A program made the translations under genes and the position numbers. The notes under the pieces were generated by a model that saw nothing but the letters and a program-made list of their open reading frames with translations, had not been told where the DNA came from and searched no databases. From Octopus sinensis (lineage: Eukaryota), in NCBI RefSeq assembly GCF_006345805.1, contig NC_043001.1, positions 62,310,001-62,374,000 of the forward strand: 64,000 nucleotides of DNA, in the 5' to 3' direction. This document shows, one piece after another, positions 57,040-64,000 of this stretch (positions are counted from its first letter, which is position 1; each line of letters opens with the position of its first letter).

Positions 57040-57835
57040 CCACCGGAACATCTGCTGGATGTGTAATGTCAGTGTGCACACATGACAGTGAAAGTGCTCT
57101 GAGAGAGAAATAAGAAGCATTGAATGTGGCGTACAAGAGAGACGTTTGTGCTGGTATGGTCATGTACTACGGATGGGTGAGGAGAGCTGTTTGAAGAAGT
57201 GCCACTCCCAAACAGTTGAAGGAATCCGGGGTAGAGGAAAACTTGGGATGAGGTGGTGATGCATGACTTTCTAACGTTGGGCCTCATAGAGGCAATGATG
57301 AAAGACCGAGACCTCTGGAGATATGCTGTGAATCCGAAGACCTGACAAATAAAGTGAGTTCATGACTGTATCCTACACCAGTTTCACATAATCAGCCCCA
57401 GCCCATTCAAAAGTACCTTGGATCATGGGGCAACCTGCTGTGCTTGAGGAGACCTATTGAGGCAAGTACATCAACATCAAAATGAAAATCAAATGGAAAT
57501 TGTAGTTGTGATACCCGTGCCGGTGACATGTAAAAAGCACCATCTGAACATGCCCGATACCAGCACTGCCTTGACTGGTTTCTGTGCCGGTGACACATAA
57601 AAAGCACCAACCGATCATGGCCATTGCCAGTCTCCTCTGGCCCCTATGCCAGTCTCACATAAAAAGCACCCGCTACACTCATGGAGTGGTTGGCATTAGG
57701 AAGGGCATCTAGCTGTAGAAACACTACCAGATCAGATTGGAGCCTGGTGCAGCCTCCTGGCTTCCCAGACCCTAGTTGAACCGTCCAACCCATGCTAGCA
57801 TGGAAAACGGACATTAAACAATGATGATGGTGATG
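57040..57835 (+). mobile_element. RTE LINE 3' fragment with tail
   Basis: Degenerate WMCNVSV, GR..KTWDEVVMHDF; (GAT)n tail. Confidence 0.8.
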
Positions 57836-57917
57836 ACATCTATGCACATGCATCTATACATATACATCTGTACATATACATGTATATATATATACATCTG
57901 AACATATGCATGTATAC

Positions 57918-57960
<43 letters not shown>

Positions 57961-57963
<3 letters not shown>

Positions 57964-60900
57964 TCATCATCATCGTTTAACGTCCGTTCTCCATGCTAGC
58001 ATGGGTTGGACGGTTCGACCGGGGATCTGGGAAGCCAGAAGGCTGCACCAGGCTCCAGTCTTATCTGGCAATGTTTCTACAGCTGGATGCCCTTCCTAAC
58101 GCCAATCACTCCGTGAGTGTAGTGGGTGCTTTTTACGTGCCACCTGCACAGGTGTCAGGCGAGGCTGGCAACAGCCACGGTCGGATTGGTGTATTTTATG
58201 TGCCACCGGCACGGAGGCCAGTCGAGGCAGTGCTGGCATCGGCCACGAGTCCGATAGTGCTTTTTACGTACCACCAGACCAGGGATCCTGGCTGGTTCAA
58301 TTCGATTTCGATTTCGCTTGCCCCAACATCCAACATGTCTTCGCAAGCAAAGGGGGTTGGCATGGGTGCCTGTTGTACGGTCGGATTGGTGTATTTTACG
58401 TGCCACTGGCACGGAAGCCAGTGGAGGCGGCGCTGGCATCGGCCACGAGTCGGATAGTGCTTTTTACGTACCACCAGACCAGGGATCCTGGCTGGTTCAA
58501 TTCGATTTCGATTTCGCTTGCCCCAACATGTCTTCGCAAGCAAAGGGGGTTGGCATGGGTGCCTGTTGTCGGATGAGGTTCTATATCGACTTCACTTGCC
58601 TCAACAGGTCTTTGTGTCCAAGGGAGGAAAGGCATTCATAAGTGGGCTGGGCTCACTTGTCCTGCCTGGTCTTCTCACGTACAGCATATTTCCAAAGGTC
58701 TCGGTCGCTGGTCATTTCCTCAGTGAGGCCTAAAGTTCGAAGGTCGTGCTTCACCACCTCGTCCCAGGTTTTCCTGGGTCTACCTCTTCCACGGGTTCCC
58801 TCAACTGCTAGGGATTGGCACTTTCTCACACACCTATCTTCATCCATTCTCGCCACATGACCATACCAGCGCAATCGTCTCTCTTGCACACCACAACTGA
58901 TGCTTCTTAGGTACATTTCTCTCAAGGTACTAACGCTCTGTCGAGTATGTACACTGACATTACACATCCATCGGAGCATACTGGCTTCATTCCTCACAAG
59001 CTTACGCATGTCCTCAGCAGTCACGGCCCATGTTTCACTGCCATGTAGCATGGCTGTTCGTACACATGCATCATACAGTCTGCCTTTTACTCTGAGCGAG
59101 AGGCCTTTAGTCACCAGCAGAGGTAAGAGCTCCCTAAACTTTGCCCAGGCTATTCTTATTCTAGCAGTTATACTTTCAGCGCACCCACCCCCACTACTGA
59201 CTTGGTCACCTAGATAACGGAAGCTATCAACTACTTCTAGTTTTTCCCCCTGGAAAGTGACGGAAGTTGTTTTCTGCAGATTTTTGGAGGTTAATGCTCC
59301 CGAGCATCTGCCACATACAAAAACTATCTTCCCAGTTAGCCTACCTTTGACATTGCTGCACCTCTTATGTGTCCATAGCTTACAATGGGTACATCTTATA
59401 GAGTTTCTACCTACACCTTTTCTACAGATCGAGCAGGGCCATCTTCCTGAAGACATTTGTGGATTGTCTACCTTCCTACTTATTAGTACTTTGGTTTTAG
59501 CTAGGTTGACTCTAAGGCCCCTCGATTCTAAACCCTCCTTCCACACCTGGAACTTCTCCTCCAGTTCTGATAGTGACTCAGCAATTAGAGCAAGGTCGTC
59601 AGCGTAGAGGAGCTCCCAGGGACAACCTGTCTTGAATTCCTCCGTAATTGCCTGGAGGACTATGATAAATAGGAGGGGGCTGAGTACTGAACTCTGGTGG
59701 ACCCCAACCTCTACTTTGAATTCTTCTGTGTACATGTTGCCAACCCTAACCTTACTTACAGCATCTCTGTACATGGCTTGCACAGCCCTCACCAGCCATT
59801 CATCTATCCCTAGTTTCCTCATTGACCACCAGATAAGGGATCGGGGGACCCTATCAAAAGCTTTCTCCATGTCAACGAAAGCCAGGTACAGGGGCTTATC
59901 TTTGGCTAGGTATTTCTCCTGCAGCTGCCTTACCAGGAATATAGCATCAGTGGTACTTTTCACTGGCACGAACCCAAACTGCATCTCATCCAAACTAACT
60001 CTCTCTCTAATTAGTTGGGTGATGACTCACTCCGTAACCTTCATTACCTGATCCAACAGCTTGATACCTCTGTAATTATTTGTATCTAGGGCATCACCTT
60101 TACCTTTGTAGCAGTTGACTAGTATGCTGCTACACCAGTCATTGGGTATGACTCCGTGTATCACCTTGTTGACTATACGGGTGACTAGGTTATAGCCGAC
60201 ACTGCCAGATATTTTGAGCATCTCTGCAGTAATTCCTGATGGGCCTGGGGCTTTCCCTGTCTTCATGCTTCTAATTGCTTTAACTACCAAAGAATTTTCA
60301 ACTCGGATGGCTGGTCCCTCTGTTGGGTTGACATTCGGCAGACTCTCTTTATCCCATTCATTTTCTTTATTCAGCAACCTTTCATAGTGGCATCTCCAAA
60401 CCTCTCTCTTTGCATCCTCATTTAGCGCAAGTGAACCATCATCCATGCGAACACACTTCTCTCCTACCACATCACGATTCTCTCTCACACACTGTCTTGC
60501 AACACGAAATATCTCAAGTCTTTCATCCTCACAGCTCAGAACACTGGCAAATTTTTTCTTATCTGCTTCCCCTCTGGCTAAATAAACCTGTCTCTTAGCT
60601 TCCCTTCTGGCTGTCTGATACAATTCCCTGCTACCACCGTTCTTCCAGTCCTTCCAAGCCTGCTTCTTTTCTCTAATAACCCTGTCAACAACATTGTTCC
60701 ACCACATTATTTTGTGTTGAGAGGGGACTTTGCACCATTCATAGATCTGGTCAGTGGCCCTCAGCAGGTTGTCCCGTAGAAACCTCCAGTTGTCTTCTAC
60801 ATTGTGTGAAGCTATATCCCCTTCGAGTAATATGTCTCTAAATCTCTGTCCATTCACAGGATCTTTAAGCTTTTTGACCCTTCTCCTCCATGCTGGTCAT

Positions 60901-61100
60901 CTTCTGAGCATCCGTTTAGCCCTGATCCTGAAGTCACTAAGTACCAGTCAAACGCCTGAGGTTTTGGCATTTATAAGCAGCCATCTTTCCCTTTTTCTGG
61001 CGAGGATGTAGTCAATTTGGCTAGTGTGTCTACCAGAACGGTAGGTGACTGGCAAGTTTCCTGAAGTTAGTATTGCAAACCATATGATCATTTGCATCAC
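57961..61100 (-). mobile_element. RTE LINE, 5'-truncated, least decayed copy
   Basis: APE C-terminus, linker ORF 60027-60857, RT ORF 58653-59993, tandem-repeat 3' UTR, (GAT)n tail. Confidence 0.95.
58653..59993 (-). CDS. RTE ORF2 fragment: RT with C4HC3 PHD insert (446 aa open)
   Basis: VDMEKAFDRVP, HQSSVLSPLLF, LYADDL, KTKVL, PHD 59435-59304, FRYLG, RRLRWYGHV. Confidence 0.9.
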   Translation of the reverse strand: MDEMQFGFVPVKSTTDAIFLVRQLQEKYLAKDKPLYLAFVDMEKAFDRVPRSLIWWSMRKLGIDEWLVRAVQAMYRDAVSKVRVGNMYTEEFKVEVGVHQSSVLSPLLFIIVLQAITEEFKTGCPWELLYADDLALIAESLSELEEKFQVWKEGLESRGLRVNLAKTKVLISRKVDNPQMSSGRWPCSICRKGVGRNSIRCTHCKLWTHKRCSNVKGRLTGKIVFVCGRCSGALTSKNLQKTTSVTFQGEKLEVVDSFRYLGDQVSSGGGCAESITARIRIAWAKFRELLPLLVTKGLSLRVKGRLYDACVRTAMLHGSETWAVTAEDMRKLVRNEASMLRWMCNVSVHTRQSVSTLREMYLRSISCGVQERRLRWYGHVARMDEDRCVRKCQSLAVEGTRGRGRPRKTWDEVVKHDLRTLGLTEEMTSDRDLWKYAVREKTRQDK

Positions 61101-61700
61101 AGAGATCCTATACTATAAGGTTTTGCAGAATAGCAGCTTTACTAATAAAATCTTTTGTAACCTCCCAGAATATGTTCCACAATATTTTATGATTTGTCCC
61201 AATCTTCTTCCTAAATGTGAGGACAAATATCGGGAGAAGATACTTTTTATTAGACAATCACATACCCAGAAACTATAAATATAGGAAGTTGTTTAATAAG
61301 AACACAATTTCTGTAAAGGCTTTATATCAAGAAGTAACTGATGATTTAGACCAGTCCTTGATGCACATGCAGCAATAAATCTAAATGGTCTCTAGAGCAG
61401 GCATCAGGAATAGGTATCAGCAAACTTTGGCAAAGGCTGGACAAAGAAGAAATGTTTTATATGGATTGTCGAAGAAAACTTTAAATCCAGATACAGCAAC
61501 CATCTTTTATACCTTTAGATGACTCTAGAAGAGACATGCAACAACCCTCTCAACAATAAGGGCAAGAACATCAACTACAACATCAAATGGAAGATCCTGA
61601 TGTTCCATATGCCTGCTTGAAAAACTTCTTTTAATTGTATAAATACCAGGAGCAAGATACTTTTATGTCCCCATTTTACAAAATACATCTTAGCAAGAGT
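61085..61700 (+). mobile_element. Old Penelope-like (Naiad-type) linker/GIY-YIG remnant
   Basis: NVRTNIGRRYFLLDNHIPRNYKYRKLFNKN, EENFKSRYSNH, NYNIKWKIL, ICLLEK in broken frames. Confidence 0.65.
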
Positions 61701-62069
61701 TAAAGATAAACCATTGGATACTTAACACATTCCAGTGTTGGTTTACATAATTATTTGATATTCAAAAAACTGATTATATTTCCGGCAGAGTTAATTATCT
61801 CCCTTAGATTTCTCTTTTTCTAGCTACTTGTGCTCATTCAAACTTTAATTGCATTGAATGTAGTTGCTGATCTACCTTGTTCTTTTTATCAGTTTAATAA
61901 AAGGCAAAATAAATTAATATTTCAACCAGGAAACTCTGGGTAGCTGAATCTCACAAGACTTTTTATGGTTTTTATCATTATAATATATACTTACTCTCTT
62001 AATTGATTGAATGCTATATTACTTGTAGAATTTCATATCACACAGTATGTATATGTAATCATCAACATT

Positions 62070-62900
62070 ATCCCATCCTCTAACATATGTTTTCCATGCT
62101 GGAAAGGGTTGGATGGTTTAGCCAGAGCTGGCGAGCTGCACCAAGTTCTAGTTTGATTTGACTTGGTTTCTACAGCTGGATGGTCATCATTACGCCAACC
62201 ATATTACATTGTATGCTGGGTGCTTTTAATGTGGCATCGTAAGAATGCTTCAATGTGGCACTAGCAGTCAAATCCTCATCACCAAGGAGAATGGCTCAAA
62301 CACTTATGCTGTGGAGGATAGGTCTTCTTGAGTACAGCAAGTATCTCAGTCCTTTGTCATCCCATGTAAGAGGTTCAGCATCTAGAGGTCATCCTTCAGT
62401 ACTTCGTCCCATGTCTTCCTGGGTCTCCCTCTTCAATGTGTTCCATCCACTTTGAGAGACTGGTACTTTTTTATGGAGCTGTTGACATCCCATCTGCATC
62501 ACATGACCAAATCAGCACAGTCTTCTCTTGCACACTGTATCTAATTCCTCTTATGCCTAACTTTTCTCTCAATACACCAGCATTCTATCGAACATGTACA
62601 CTTACATTTCACATCCAGCAGAGCATACTAGCCTCATTCCTCTCTAGCCTTTGCATGTCTTCTGCATTCAGGGCCCACATCTCACCACCATATCCATATA
62701 CAACATCATACAACCTTCCTTTTGCTCAGAGCAAGAAACTTTTGCTTGTCAACAAAGGTAAAAGGTCTCCAAATTTTCTCCATGCTATTCTGATTCTAGC
62801 TATTACATTTCTGTACATCTTCTCCCACTACTAATTTGGTCTCCTAGGTAGCAGAAATTATTCACTACCTCTAAATGAGCCTCCAAGGCATTCAAGAAAA
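62070..62900 (-). mobile_element. Decayed RTE LINE 3' fragment
   Basis: Degenerate RIRIAW.KF, WMCNV, GRPRKTW; shared tail. Confidence 0.75.
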
Positions 62901-63991
62901 TCAATTTCCTGAGTATCTGTAGTGATCAATACTATTTTTTTTTTTTTTCACTTTAAGTAAATTCCCAGGTAAACGTTTCTAATAAAAAGGCAAAAGATAC
63001 CAGAAGTAAAAATAAGGAAAATACAAGCACAGTTAAATATAAAAGTGTGAAGTATAATTTGTTACATAATCTCTATAGTAAAAACGATATTGAATGAAAT
63101 AATTCCCCATTTGAATTTTTTAAATTACATATGTGTGTAGAAATCTACAGATGCACAAACGCACAAAACGGAGAAAATAAAACAAATATGGACTTGTCCC
63201 GAAACACCCCCGAGTGGGAAACAGTTCTCAAAATTAACCCCAATTGTTTTCCCCCAAAATTCTTGTCCTCGGTATATTTGTAGAGAATTTCAATATAAAA
63301 TATCCATTTTCTTGAAACTTAAAACGAAATGAAGTGGACTCCGGTGAATTTTCCGAAATTCCCTACCACCCCTCCTAAAACACTTTCCCCAAAACATTTT
63401 GTATATTCGGAATCTACACGATATAACATATTCGTAGACAATTTCATTAAAAAATATTCATTTTTCTGAAAGTTATGATCATCCAATCGGCGATGGGCAG
63501 AAATCTGTAATTATACTGGAAAAATTTAAGCGAAAATGTCATTATCACAAAGTTTAATAAATTATTGACGGCTTGGGCACTCTCGTCTCGTAAACTCATA
63601 GTACATTAACTAAAAAAAATTCTAGTGTTTTTTTTTATGGAATGTTTAGAATTGTAATAAAAATAACTGATATAAAAACAGAATATTCTAACTAAACATT
63701 AACTATAAACCTCAAATCTAATACGGTAAAAGAAAATTATAATGGTTTTACGATGAAGTTGAAGTAAAAATTCATCTTGACCAAAAGCATTCAGGTCTTG
63801 ACATGCATGCATTGAACAGCAGAACGCAAATTATGTAAAGCGAACAAGCTTAAACACCTAGAACATGTGGTAACATCTGTTTATTCAAAGAATCTTAAAT
63901 AACAAGCACAAAAGCAATAATTTAGTTACTAAGAAATTAAATTCTTAAACAGTCGTAATACAAATTAAATTAGTAAAAAAAAACTACTTAC

Positions 63992-64000
63992 CGCTGCCAT
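63992..64000 (-). CDS. RUVBL2: RUVBL2 exon 1 (MAA)
   Basis: ATG GCA GCG followed by donor gtaagt; phase 0 matches exon 2. Very short, supported by context only. Confidence 0.8.

Noticed and set aside
61860-61955. CTGATCT...GAAACTCTGGGTA downstream of the fourth PLE remnant
   Set aside because: Stem III resembles the 36189 fold, but the core is mutated and stems I and II are not supported.
63070-63590. Helitron-like element in proximal intron 1 (TCTCTATAGTAAAAA..GACG/CGTC hairpin)
   Set aside because: Both termini are weak and no CTAG is present; insufficient support.

Overview
AT-rich, intron- and repeat-dominated animal DNA. An octopod cephalopod source is an inference from the RTE-LINE/tRNA-SINE repertoire and the (TA)n density. 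One host gene spans almost the whole window on the minus strand: RUVBL2 (reptin, AAA+ ATPase). I placed 14 coding exons by hand (ATG at 64000; exons of 9,55,125,73,130,67,107,94,124,95,119,120,130,115 nt; all placed splice junctions GT/AG and in phase; 454 codons + 1 nt). The short terminal exon could not be placed. The introns hold decayed or young mobile DNA: many RTE LINEs with a PHD finger inside the RT, tRNA-SINEs, four Penelope-like (PLE, Naiad-type) remnants, mariner, pogo/TIGD, hAT, piggyBac, Chapaev3-like, Helitron-like and fold-back elements, plus a 100-N gap at 39719-39818. Most notable observations: (1) a 2.3-kb element bounded by 144-bp TGT..ACA inverted repeats with a clean 4-bp TSD whose cargo is a Ty3/gypsy PBS-gag-protease; (2) three PLE-derived hammerhead-ribozyme folds, all on the RUVBL2 sense strand, one with a fully canonical core; (3) an inverted SINE pair tightly bracketing exons 12-13. 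All alignments and folds were done by eye; nothing was searched or computed.
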